The notes under the pieces were generated by a model, which made no database searches, was not told the DNA's origin, and was given only the letters and a program-made list of their open reading frames with translations. A stretch of 64,000 nucleotides of DNA, taken from IMG/VR virus record IMGVR_UViG_3300033073_000738, positions 57,015-121,014 of that record, one strand, 5' to 3'. Shown here one piece after another: positions 11,601-20,857 of this stretch; within the stretch, counting starts at the first letter, position 1, and each line of letters opens with the position of its first letter. The position numbers and the translations under genes were made by a program. This DNA comes from a virus (taxonomy: Duplodnaviria > Caudoviricetes).

Positions 11601-11950
11601 TGAAACCAATTCTTATACTTGTCGTCAGATACCCCATATAGATTCTTGTCGTATGTCTCCTGGTAGTTCTTATCATTGTTATACCTATCCTGAATAGCTT
11701 GTTCTTCAGGATCTCTTTGTATGTTAACTATACCTTTATTTATAGCATCCTGTTGAGGACTAACCGCAGCAGCTGGTGCTTGTTGTTGCACTGGTTCTGG
11801 TGGTGGTCCTTCTAAAGAAGCATCAGCCCCTTCATTAATTTTAGCTTGTAAAGCTTTCCAATCAATTTGAGTAGGGTCAGTGGTTACACTCCCAGCATCT
11901 GCATAAGAGCGCATGTTCTTATTGGACCTACCAGTTATACGTATTTTCAT
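8669..11950 (-). CDS. Ejection/cargo protein with a lysozyme-like (lytic transglycosylase/muramidase) domain
   Basis: 1093 aa; IAAKESGGNY...SSAAGKYQF...FLNSPEAQEKAF matches lysozyme-fold motifs (catalytic E, GxYQF); Q/N/P-rich low-complexity segments. Confidence 0.7.
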   Translation of the reverse strand: MKIRITGRSNKNMRSYADAGSVTTDPTQIDWKALQAKINEGADASLEGPPPEPVQQQAPAAAVSPQQDAINKGIVNIQRDPEEQAIQDRYNNDKNYQETYDKNLYGVSDDKYKNWFQQKWGYHPPSKDEQAASDANKISDNAMKRTFGNPYSLYNLSKFAGNIVDGINNRRDRRETLGKQWDNTSTMGMFGEQGPDVTSRGIRAVSGTQRNKDIPDQISGYNSWQGMTQKYFNPFRAEVGLSVDNVYAPGATMAEFTPSMPMPVAGDMNQQQQQQAPIEDDNPPVVTGAKFESSPDFKELIAAKESGGNYRALPLRNGHLVSSAAGKYQFLWSQHKEWISKLTGVTSKEDFLNSPEAQEKAFDYWDANTLTPAAIKIKNELGVNDSLDKIKTKVHFSGPQGAYNFYKTGKLVTDGFGTTTATYANGGEINNNGQSMKIRITSTPLNQMAYGGQANFGLDLNRRKIYADMPQDSTESMSSTVTEKPVDQFQDGEQYAIMAEDKETYVSDVDGDGVLEFKKISGDPHSASSGGTKLTNLQLNPDPEKNGQGAYIFSHKLKEKDAEVLKKFTMPYKKAGYSYAEISKKFDTSKEKKALDNPNTDALTKNTMNISMQRKNDMLAQLSDRQEQIKGYPQGQPDIYKSLATAAYGGYTFGGGGGKDNNKQPGLGQYRKRTPELNDERSDADFGTVDDVVNFYKRQGYTGGNDIGEWQNWMVEQAQSDPYKRERLINYLKGVPLTNKGRQLYGQNASTANLTEEQLMNQFRDGKWDFRAPKFYNPATIQGVKIPYTRQGIDFPVKTPPTIPGVPQFNTPPPQGKTNTPPPGRPNDYLPYNAIQKANTLWAATRPVNGYFDRAINPNLTGQQAMFDEANYDPMLSANNTRMDYMNQFANAQAARATGTYNPQLNEGLVGETARVRGMNLQIGNQTLAQNNQIYNNDSLMRAKEAHQVRDNNIRTKEQMDIARNLKYNDVMKNFGKMVNDRTTMQKYNLMYPQFAVSGPLWDQFNFTKGRPLGSNYSGTGYNSMMMSKEEFLKNNKGYASAYASSDPKLQMDVENAYQRYLSQQRNMLMRSGANLQSNMTSPWFSEAMDYGQ

Positions 11951-11953
11951 AGA

Positions 11954-14900
11954 TTAAATGATATCAAATGAATACCCTTGTTTCTGAAGTTCAAAGAGTT
12001 GCTGAGGGTCAGTTATATTAACTTCTTCTCCAATAGAATAACCACCCATCTCAAACATTGGATAACCAGGACTTCTTAAACCTCTAGCAGGTATTTCAAA
12101 TCCACGTGGTGTAGGCATTGGTGGTGGTTCCGGTAAAAATCCTCTAGGTGTAACAGGTGGTGGTGGTGTTGTAGAATTAGGTAATCCTTTAGGAATACCA
12201 GGTAACCTTTTTGCACCAGGTAATTGCTCATATCTAGTATTTCTAAAGAGACCTCTACTACCCAATCCAAGTGCGATTAATTGAGCAGCTGACATTGCCT
12301 TATTAGCCCAACTTGGGTCATACATCATAGTAGCTCCTTGATTGCGCAGCCATGTAAAAGGACTATCTATAAGTTTTATAAAGTCGTTATCAGACTCTTC
12401 TGCAAAGAAATAAGGATCATTTGGATCAACATATTTTTGATAAGAATTAAGATCCTTTGCAGTTTGAGGATTTTGTGTAGATTTTCCTTTACCAACTCCC
12501 GTTTTATTCATCATATCTAAAAACGGATCAATAGTTTTTCCAGGTGCTTTAGGACGTAACATATTTCCGTCATTGGGATTATATGTAGGGTTCCTCATTA
12601 GTCCAAGCAACATACGATTCTGGTCAGCGGTGCCCTTATAGTTCTTAATACCAAATGTCTTCTCTGCCATGGCTTTGCGTGTAGCAAAGTCAGACTTCAT
12701 TCCAACACTGTTCAAATAGTCTACAATACTCTCAGAGCTAGGGCCACGTTTACCCGGTGACTTAACAGGTGCTGCAGTCATATTACCATTGGGTATAATA
12801 CCTCTCAGCTCAGGAGGTAAAGGTCTTTCACCACCACCAGGTATATCACTTGGTATCACTTCATTGATATAACCATCTTGGTCAACGGGACCAGCTACAC
12901 CGTATTGAGGATACATACCCCCATTGGAATACCATACTCCACCTGAATAGGTATCACCACCATTAGCATATATTGAGCCTCCACATGATAAACACCCTCC
13001 GTATTTATTTGATGGTAGGTTATCTTGACGCATTTTCATAAGTAGTTCTTTATTTTTAGTAGCAGAATAATCATAATCTTCAATACCGAGTCTTTGAGCA
13101 AGTTCAGCTCTGCTTCTTTTGTCTGAAGCCAAACCCCTTGAATTCATATAGTCAACAATAGATTCGGTTTGAAGATTACCTTGTCTATTTGTTCTTGTTT
13201 GCTGTCTTTGTTCCAATTGTTGTGGAACTACAGCAGTTGGCATATTTACAACAGGTTGACTATTAGTTGCAACACGCTGGGGCACTGAATAATCCCGGTT
13301 GTTTCCAGGTGTAACAATAACTTTTGTCAAAGGTGTATATTCCTCCCAATCAGCTTGTGGTCTTGTTCTCTCAAGATTCTGGTCAATATTTGCAAACACT
13401 TTACCGGCATATGAATTCTTGTCCAATAGTTTTGCTCTGTCACCATATTGACTATCTATATAATCATTTATTTCTTGGTTGTATTGCTCCTCTGTTTTAC
13501 CATCTTTACTTATTTCTTTCTCTGCTTCTTTCCGTAATTGCTTTATAGGATCTTTGGGTGTGCCACGATACATATAAGGAGTCCATCTACCGACACCACC
13601 TTTTAACTCATCAGCACTTACACCAGGTTTGCCAATCAATTTTGCAGACAATTCATCACCTTGGTTTTCCATCCATTGTCTGTTCTTAATATTAATAGCA
13701 GTCATTAACGGAAGTACCTTATCCCAGTTATAAAGATCTTTAGGAGATTTGATGTCAAACATTTTCTTTAGATCCTCTGGCACACTATTGAACTTAATCT
13801 GCCCAGGACCTATTGACCAACTCTTAGGTTTGAATATCTTCTCAATTACTCCTTCAGCACCAAAACCACTACCTGCTAATGTTCTGTCTTCCCATTTGTT
13901 TTCTTGACCTAACTCACCGAACGTATTAAGCAACTCATCATGTATGACGCTTTTTGGTACACCTAATTTTGTAACCAGCTCATTAACTCGATCTTGATTA
14001 TTAGCAAAATCAAAAAACTTTGTCATACCTTCTGGCGCATCACCAGCAAATGGGCTATCGTCTCTAAGCTTATAAGTATAATTTGGATCTACATATGTCT
14101 GATTTTGAATCATGTTTTCTTTATCAGCCAAAGCTTTAAGAACAACAGGATCTTTAGTAAAGTTTGTTAAATCAGGATGATATGGGTTAACCTTATAGAT
14201 ACTTGCTTGCCTCTCTTCTGGTGCACGTTTAGGGTCAAGCCATTCTCTTAGTTCGTCTTCTCTATAAGTTTTTTTCTTTTTACTGAAATTGTCAAAAAAC
14301 TCATGCTCACCGGTTGACTCATTTTTTCCTAAATAAATCTGAGCATGACTTGGGTAACGCTTCCCTTGATTATTCAAACTCTGTAAATGTTGCAGAACAT
14401 CACCTGCTTCTAGATTACCAAAACCCTTTACACCATATCCTTTATTAGGAAAGCCAAACTCTTTTGCTCGTTTAGCAAAATCAGTATTTGACCAAGTAAC
14501 AGTAGGGATAGCACCGGCTTCGTTAAGAACAGTACAAACACCACCTATACATCCAAATGCTTCTTCTCCCCTATTCTGTGCGGCTTGTCTAACGTTCTCT
14601 GGTATATCAACCCAGTTTTGACTATTGGCACGTTTATTAGCCATTTCAACTACTTTCTTAGCTAATGCACGACGTTTTTCATCTTCAGGATCAGTAGGTC
14701 CACCAGTCACAAAATATCTATCATTAACTAAAGAATAGGGATAAGCAATTCCCCCATACTCATACATACCCCCATAACCCATAGAAGCTCTAATCTTGGC
14801 TTCTTGTTCAAGCATCTCTCTTGTTGGTTTCTTACCACTACCTTTGTTCTCTCTGACATTATCCCACAGTCCCCTACGAGAGTAAGAACCATCAGCACGA

Positions 14901-14983
14901 CGTATCATTTGACCGCCATTGGCGTACATGTTCAGAATACTTTGCTCTAAAGCATCTCTGAGTATTTTACCATTTGAGCTCAT
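11954..14983 (-). CDS. Multidomain virion peptidoglycan hydrolase: NlpC/P60-type peptidase, possible lysozyme-like domain and two DUF3597-like repeats
   Basis: GCIGGVC...LEAGDVL...SHAQIYLG (Cys-His dyad); GQENKW...SIGPGQIKF; two SIVDY(M/L)NS.G..SD...R...A...GI..Y...A..N..LL repeats. Confidence 0.65.
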   Translation of the reverse strand: MSSNGKILRDALEQSILNMYANGGQMIRRADGSYSRRGLWDNVRENKGSGKKPTREMLEQEAKIRASMGYGGMYEYGGIAYPYSLVNDRYFVTGGPTDPEDEKRRALAKKVVEMANKRANSQNWVDIPENVRQAAQNRGEEAFGCIGGVCTVLNEAGAIPTVTWSNTDFAKRAKEFGFPNKGYGVKGFGNLEAGDVLQHLQSLNNQGKRYPSHAQIYLGKNESTGEHEFFDNFSKKKKTYREDELREWLDPKRAPEERQASIYKVNPYHPDLTNFTKDPVVLKALADKENMIQNQTYVDPNYTYKLRDDSPFAGDAPEGMTKFFDFANNQDRVNELVTKLGVPKSVIHDELLNTFGELGQENKWEDRTLAGSGFGAEGVIEKIFKPKSWSIGPGQIKFNSVPEDLKKMFDIKSPKDLYNWDKVLPLMTAINIKNRQWMENQGDELSAKLIGKPGVSADELKGGVGRWTPYMYRGTPKDPIKQLRKEAEKEISKDGKTEEQYNQEINDYIDSQYGDRAKLLDKNSYAGKVFANIDQNLERTRPQADWEEYTPLTKVIVTPGNNRDYSVPQRVATNSQPVVNMPTAVVPQQLEQRQQTRTNRQGNLQTESIVDYMNSRGLASDKRSRAELAQRLGIEDYDYSATKNKELLMKMRQDNLPSNKYGGCLSCGGSIYANGGDTYSGGVWYSNGGMYPQYGVAGPVDQDGYINEVIPSDIPGGGERPLPPELRGIIPNGNMTAAPVKSPGKRGPSSESIVDYLNSVGMKSDFATRKAMAEKTFGIKNYKGTADQNRMLLGLMRNPTYNPNDGNMLRPKAPGKTIDPFLDMMNKTGVGKGKSTQNPQTAKDLNSYQKYVDPNDPYFFAEESDNDFIKLIDSPFTWLRNQGATMMYDPSWANKAMSAAQLIALGLGSRGLFRNTRYEQLPGAKRLPGIPKGLPNSTTPPPPVTPRGFLPEPPPMPTPRGFEIPARGLRSPGYPMFEMGGYSIGEEVNITDPQQLFELQKQGYSFDII

Positions 14984-17900
14984 CTATAACTAGGTGTTAT
15001 TTTCTGATTAGATAGTTTAACTATAATTTTCAATCCATTACTTGTAACACGCCTCAACCATACCTTATTTGAGTGATGACGGAAACGTTTATGTTGCAGT
15101 GGATCTTTAGCATAATTTACATAGTCAGGGTTAACCCTAAAGTCTACACCATTAGCTCCTGTAATCATCATAGGGATGTTTACAGTGGAATCAAACTCAC
15201 CTCTGTTCTTTGTGATATCCCAAAACTCATTGAACCTGTACTTATTCTCTTCTTTAGAATATTGTATATTGATTGCCTCAGTGTCTATCTGAGGATAGCT
15301 CAATAGATCTAATGGGTTAATCTTACTTTTCAGGTTCAATTTCAACAACCCGGACACCTGCTCAGAGTTGTATATCATAGCCTGGTCAAACCCTTCATCA
15401 AGAACATGGAACTTATCTGAGCAGTCATTATGAAACTTATAAGCTTCCATGATATACTCTACACTTCTTATAGTGCTTACAGATTGACCGGTGCTTGTAA
15501 CAAACTCAATATCAAATGGATAATCTTTGCCGTAGAAATTACAGAACAGATCGCACCTGGAATTGTGTTTCCATATAGAATCATAGTTGACACTCATGAA
15601 ATGATTCTTACTTGGTAGCAAGAACGTGGGCTTCCAATCATGAAAACTTATGAATGACTTTCCTTTAGGGTCGTAGCTTATTGTCCAGCTTGCGTCTTCC
15701 CAATACTTCTCGTCAGTAAAATCACAATACACTTTCTCTTGTACTGTTATCGTAGTAGCTGGTTCTGTTTCAACAGTAATAGGGGCCGTTACAGTCTTTG
15801 TACATACCGGCTGATTACAAGTGGGGTTGTTCAATGTAAACCCGGTAGGGCAAGTATAGAGATTACTATTGAACTCTGTTACATTCCTTGTAGTGAATAC
15901 ATACTGCAAATTGTTGTAATTGGTCTGAGCATTCAGAAAATCCACTACAGACTGACCAGATGGTCTATTGCTTAAGTCATACACCTCACAACCAAACCCA
16001 GCTTTTTGACCGTCGTTATATCCTTCAAGTCTCAAGATGTGAGAACCCGCTGTAATTGTAACTGGATAGATGTGCAGATAGTTAAAAGTAGTTGTGGTAC
16101 CAGTCTGGTCTTCGAGAACCAGTACACCATCAAGTAGGAGTCTATATCTATTATCACCAGCAATTGCTACATGATACACTTTAGTCTGAGCAATATTTAT
16201 ACAAACGTCAAAACCTATCCAGGTACTTACAGGTGTGAGGTTAGAACCAGAATGATTGTAGTTGTTTAATTCTACACCATTCACAATATTCTGTCCCCAG
16301 ATTGCCAAACGATTTACAGGGCCGTTCCTGGTATCATCTAGATCTAAAGCTTGTTTCTGGTCGTTTGTAAGACTGCTCCAGTTAGCGGGGCTTGCTGTAC
16401 GTATCCAGAAAGGATTAGATGTACTTAACGCTGTATATCCTCCTGAAGTGCTAGATGTATTGTAAACACGAGTTCCCAGACTACCGTACACTTCATATGG
16501 TGTGCGACTCACTTTTGTAACAACGCCGGTTTGATCAGCATCAGCTGTAAATATCCTAACACATGTACCGTTCTGTAATGTATAACCAGGAGGACAATTT
16601 GAACCGTTCTTTACACACACAGTACCATTGTAAGTCCAACCTTTTCTACAAACTTTTTCTTGAGTACTACCCTTTACGTAATAGAACCCCTTGCCATCAT
16701 AGTATAGATCTTTACGCTTAGGTTTATAATCCTTCTTGCTAATGTAGATCATCTCATTGGTGTTGTCATATGTCATCTGAACACCAATGCCATTAACTGG
16801 GTTATCGTAATATGGATAATCAGGATATACTTTAAGAAGCTCACTTGGTAGATGTTTTGCAAACCACCATTTCATTCCGTTACGTGATATTTCATCCAGT
16901 TGACCACCAAACTGAAATACCTTACCCTGGTTCTGACTTGTCCAAAACACACCTTGAGGAGTAGCAATAACAGAATACTTATTCTGACAAGACCCATATT
17001 GATAACTTCTGTCAGCATTCACAACACTCTGCATTGGGGTACTCGAGTTAAGCAACCCTCCATCGCCTATATATACTTTTGTACCGGCGTCAGTCTGAAG
17101 AGTGTCTACACCAACAAACTGCATAGGACTGTCTTGCTCCATCATAAAGATAGCACCCGTCTTACCTATATTCTTTATAGAGGTGATTCGGTCACTAAAA
17201 TCCCTGTAGTTATTAGTAAGGAATATTCTCCAGTTGTCTTTCTTGTTCTCACTGGTTTGCTGCAAAGAGTAGGTAACCCTGTATGGAAACTTTGTAAAAC
17301 AAGTTTCATACATCAGCGGTGAGTAATCCAGGGGAAGTAAGAAACTCCAAGGAGTAAAGTTATTATACAGCTTGGTTGTAGAAAGTGAGTAATCGTACTT
17401 ATAGTAGTTACTGTCCTTAATTACATCACTTCTAAACAATGTTGACAGATCTGTGAATGTTCCAGCATCGTAATGTCTTTGCCCAGGATTCTCGCCCCAG
17501 TCTCTTTGAGCCAGGTTAACTTCACTTTCTACAAAGAAGTCACGTACACCGTTACAGAACAAATAGAAATAACCAGGTTTCTGATAAAAGAATCCTTCGT
17601 CAGGAGGATTACCATCATTCAAACGATGATAGTTTGATGCCTTATCTAGCATCTTATAATGAACTTGAGTAGTGTCAAGCCAATACCTGGGATAAGGAAC
17701 ATTATATCCTTCTCTGTAGTTATACTCAGTTTCATCATCCATGTTCACCATCCAGTCATTAAAGAAAAAGAATGGGTTCTTTTCGGTGAATCTGTTGATG
17801 TATGTGTCACCACCAAATATGATATCAGATGTATACTTTACAGTCTTGCTTGGGGTAGTATACTGAATGCAACTAAATGTCGGCATTTGAAGTATACTGT

Positions 17901-20502
17901 GCAGTTGTCCATATTGAGAATCTAGAGGAGTTTTCAATGCACCATATAAAGAGCTGATGTCGCTCTCTATGATTTGGTTCATCTCAATATTAGAGCCGGT
18001 AATAGTTCTGAACCCGGTCATTGTGTTCCTACTGTTATCAATAACAGTGGTTGAATCATTCAGAATACCGTCTATTTGAAGAACGACGCCGGTGTTCCTG
18101 TATAGATTATTAATAACAAACTCAGAACCAAATGTCTGAACATTCTGATCCATATAGTAGGAACTCTTAATAGTCTTTACAGCATCTACCTGGTCATATG
18201 GAAGAGAGTCATAATAAAATCCATGAGAGTTATACTGAGACGCATATTGTTTTCTAGGAATCAAACCTACCAACAAATGAGTCAGTTGAGCATGTGTTGC
18301 TTCAGTACATACAAAAGCAACAATTGTAGCCATTGCGTAATAGTTGGCTAGTTTTAAACCATAACCAACAGCGTCGACTACTGTTCCTAAAACACCACCA
18401 ATTGCACTACCAATAGGACCAAATGCTGAACCTATACCTCTTAAGATATTACCTACAGTTGTTTGCTTATACTCCGGCATTGTAGGAGTAATCATCACTG
18501 TAAAGGGTACATCTTTTGTTGCAGCAGTTGTTACAGTTGGCAGTTTGTCTCCGGCTTTAACACTAAGATTGTTTATAAAACCAACAATATCTAATATCTT
18601 CTGTATGAAGTCAATACCTTGACCTATCACCTTTGCTTTAGGATGCTTATAAGGATTCTCAAAGTAACCTAATGATTTACCAGTTTGCAGCTGGTAAACT
18701 TTAAGTTGACTCACAGACAAAAATGGCTTAGAGAATGTAGTTTCCGGCGAATGAAATGAAAATATATCCTTCCTATATCTTTCCTGGGGATCTACAGTGG
18801 TATCATTATAAGACCCCTTGGTGAACAAAGATCTATTGGTTGTAAGATAGTAATCAGGTCGTAAATCGTTATAAGGGTAGTTCTGGAAAAGTCCTTTGAT
18901 ATTAGGACGATCTGGTAGATCAAACTCTCTCATATTATTGAGCTGACCCTTAGCAACAATAGTCTTCTGCCCTTCCCTACTGCCTCTTAGTATTTCATAT
19001 CCTACAATAGATTCAATAGGGTTTCCATAATTGTCTACCGGAGTAAGTATATTATCAAACTTAACACCCAGAATAACTATATTCTGACCCTTAGAGTTAT
19101 AGTGATTCAACAGAGGGTTAACCGTTTGGTCAGGGAATTTGTGGTGTCTAATAGGTTTACCACAAAGCTCACCCCACACTTCAGGTTTGTTATCTATGTA
19201 ACGCTCTGTACTTTCCCAATAACCCATTTCTCCTTCAGCTATAACTGTACCACCGTCGGCCATTACAGTTTGTGTCAGAGAAGTAATGCCAGCTGTATTG
19301 ATATTAGCAAATATAGAAGCCTCGTCATTACGGGCCTCTCTACCAGGTATGTGATAACTTGCAGACTTGTCTCCTGTGTTGTATATCCAACGTATAAAGA
19401 AAGCATATTGCTCATCTCTCATATAGCCCGCGTTACTACCACCTTTCTGGTAATAGTCAGCGGGATATTGAACAGCTACCCACTTTGTCTTAATCTTATT
19501 AGCAATGGGCTGATAGTTGAAATCATATTTCCCGTACATACCCACCCTCATCAGATAGTTATTTACGGAATACATTGCATCAGACTTATCGTAGATCTGA
19601 CTCTTTAGTGGAATCAGAGAAAAAGGCACCTCTTCTAAACGGGGGTCTACGGTGTCAATTCTTACCCTAGTTTGATTAGTCGAGTAAAATCCAACTCTTT
19701 TAACAGTCTGTACAGCATTTGCAAAATAGATTACCACTAGTTCATACTCATCAAAATTGGGGTCTAAGTTTGTAATACTCACCTCTAAAGAACCAGAAAG
19801 ATTCAAGTGGTCAAACAAACTCTGTACATCACTTGGAGTGAAGTAATCAGTAACCCTTATCTCATTGATAGAATATGCAACAGCTACCTGGTAAGAACCA
19901 TTTGGAAGAGTACCAGCACTACGTCCTTTCTTAAGATCTATACAAGGTGTCTTGAGCAAAGGAGCAAGTCTAAGCTGCTCACAGTCAAGCTCTGTAGTGG
20001 GAGTTTCAATAATACAATCCCTGTTCTGTTTATCGTAGCTCTTAATTGTTTTATACGGTATCTCATTGAGATTCAGCACCCTAGAAGGATTCAGACCATC
20101 ATCCCAATACACTAAGTCTTCACAGCCAAAACGTTGTCTGGCTACACCATTGATCAAGTTAGATTTCTTAAAACCAAGACAAGGTGAATTCACTTTCTTC
20201 TGATAGAAGCAACGGCTTTCATCAAATACACCAATCTCACAGTTAGTGTCGTCAGTAGTGAATATAACCCACTGGTCATCTCTAAGAAGAATAGCACCGA
20301 TCAATGTATACGGCAGCTGTACACATTTAAGATTAGCTGGCTCATTACCCAGAACACCTACTTGACCATCGTGAGAGTTATTAACTGCATTACGTGCATG
20401 TGTCCATAACCCATCGCCAACGAAGGTATCATTAAAGTCTTTCACCATTCCTTTGGTAAAGGAATTTGTGACAGCCCCAGGATTTTGAGTATTCTCAGCC
20501 AT
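14980..20502 (-). CDS. Tail stabilisation (muzzle) protein with a PA14-like/Cys-rich insertion
   Basis: 1840 aa; NSFTKGMVKD N-terminus, GYMRDEQYAFFIRW, IRHHKFPD, GGDTYINRF, GSCQNKYS and WTISYDP...FISFHDWKP motifs are typical of crAss-like Tstab/muzzle proteins. Confidence 0.8.
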   Translation of the reverse strand: MAENTQNPGAVTNSFTKGMVKDFNDTFVGDGLWTHARNAVNNSHDGQVGVLGNEPANLKCVQLPYTLIGAILLRDDQWVIFTTDDTNCEIGVFDESRCFYQKKVNSPCLGFKKSNLINGVARQRFGCEDLVYWDDGLNPSRVLNLNEIPYKTIKSYDKQNRDCIIETPTTELDCEQLRLAPLLKTPCIDLKKGRSAGTLPNGSYQVAVAYSINEIRVTDYFTPSDVQSLFDHLNLSGSLEVSITNLDPNFDEYELVVIYFANAVQTVKRVGFYSTNQTRVRIDTVDPRLEEVPFSLIPLKSQIYDKSDAMYSVNNYLMRVGMYGKYDFNYQPIANKIKTKWVAVQYPADYYQKGGSNAGYMRDEQYAFFIRWIYNTGDKSASYHIPGREARNDEASIFANINTAGITSLTQTVMADGGTVIAEGEMGYWESTERYIDNKPEVWGELCGKPIRHHKFPDQTVNPLLNHYNSKGQNIVILGVKFDNILTPVDNYGNPIESIVGYEILRGSREGQKTIVAKGQLNNMREFDLPDRPNIKGLFQNYPYNDLRPDYYLTTNRSLFTKGSYNDTTVDPQERYRKDIFSFHSPETTFSKPFLSVSQLKVYQLQTGKSLGYFENPYKHPKAKVIGQGIDFIQKILDIVGFINNLSVKAGDKLPTVTTAATKDVPFTVMITPTMPEYKQTTVGNILRGIGSAFGPIGSAIGGVLGTVVDAVGYGLKLANYYAMATIVAFVCTEATHAQLTHLLVGLIPRKQYASQYNSHGFYYDSLPYDQVDAVKTIKSSYYMDQNVQTFGSEFVINNLYRNTGVVLQIDGILNDSTTVIDNSRNTMTGFRTITGSNIEMNQIIESDISSLYGALKTPLDSQYGQLHSILQMPTFSCIQYTTPSKTVKYTSDIIFGGDTYINRFTEKNPFFFFNDWMVNMDDETEYNYREGYNVPYPRYWLDTTQVHYKMLDKASNYHRLNDGNPPDEGFFYQKPGYFYLFCNGVRDFFVESEVNLAQRDWGENPGQRHYDAGTFTDLSTLFRSDVIKDSNYYKYDYSLSTTKLYNNFTPWSFLLPLDYSPLMYETCFTKFPYRVTYSLQQTSENKKDNWRIFLTNNYRDFSDRITSIKNIGKTGAIFMMEQDSPMQFVGVDTLQTDAGTKVYIGDGGLLNSSTPMQSVVNADRSYQYGSCQNKYSVIATPQGVFWTSQNQGKVFQFGGQLDEISRNGMKWWFAKHLPSELLKVYPDYPYYDNPVNGIGVQMTYDNTNEMIYISKKDYKPKRKDLYYDGKGFYYVKGSTQEKVCRKGWTYNGTVCVKNGSNCPPGYTLQNGTCVRIFTADADQTGVVTKVSRTPYEVYGSLGTRVYNTSSTSGGYTALSTSNPFWIRTASPANWSSLTNDQKQALDLDDTRNGPVNRLAIWGQNIVNGVELNNYNHSGSNLTPVSTWIGFDVCINIAQTKVYHVAIAGDNRYRLLLDGVLVLEDQTGTTTTFNYLHIYPVTITAGSHILRLEGYNDGQKAGFGCEVYDLSNRPSGQSVVDFLNAQTNYNNLQYVFTTRNVTEFNSNLYTCPTGFTLNNPTCNQPVCTKTVTAPITVETEPATTITVQEKVYCDFTDEKYWEDASWTISYDPKGKSFISFHDWKPTFLLPSKNHFMSVNYDSIWKHNSRCDLFCNFYGKDYPFDIEFVTSTGQSVSTIRSVEYIMEAYKFHNDCSDKFHVLDEGFDQAMIYNSEQVSGLLKLNLKSKINPLDLLSYPQIDTEAINIQYSKEENKYRFNEFWDITKNRGEFDSTVNIPMMITGANGVDFRVNPDYVNYAKDPLQHKRFRHHSNKVWLRRVTSNGLKIIVKLSNQKITPSYR

Positions 20503-20854
20503 GCTTTATTTCAAACTTTTTCTTGTCCAAACTTTTGTAAATAAACTCACTTACGTGCCCTGCAATCCATGCACCAGATTCATCGTCAGTTATATCTCTG
20601 TCTTCCATAACCCTATGCACAATATGAAAAGCCTCATGAGCTATTGTATTGTGAGTTATACATTCAGAATCAATAATCAGATAATACGTTGACATATCTG
20701 GAGACATCATAACACCTTCTGCTTCATCTTCAAACTCCTCTAATATCTTATGCTTTTTAAACAAGGAGTTCATCACTCCAAATATGTTATCCGTAATCAT
20801 CAATACAATCTTACATTCGTAAGTGGTCAGTTTTAGTGTACTTGTTTTTGTCAT
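20495..20854 (-). CDS. Small zincin-like (HExxH) protein, possible metallopeptidase
   Basis: TIAHEAFH...DDESGAW motif. Confidence 0.55.
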   Translation of the reverse strand: MTKTSTLKLTTYECKIVLMITDNIFGVMNSLFKKHKILEEFEDEAEGVMMSPDMSTYYLIIDSECITHNTIAHEAFHIVHRVMEDRDITDDESGAWIAGHVSEFIYKSLDKKKFEIKHG

Positions 20855-20857
20855 ACT

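Noticed and set aside
12070-12215. Pro-rich PPP..TPRGF tandem repeat at the C-terminus of the hydrolase
   Set aside because: Ordinary low-complexity coding duplication with no sign of a separate function.
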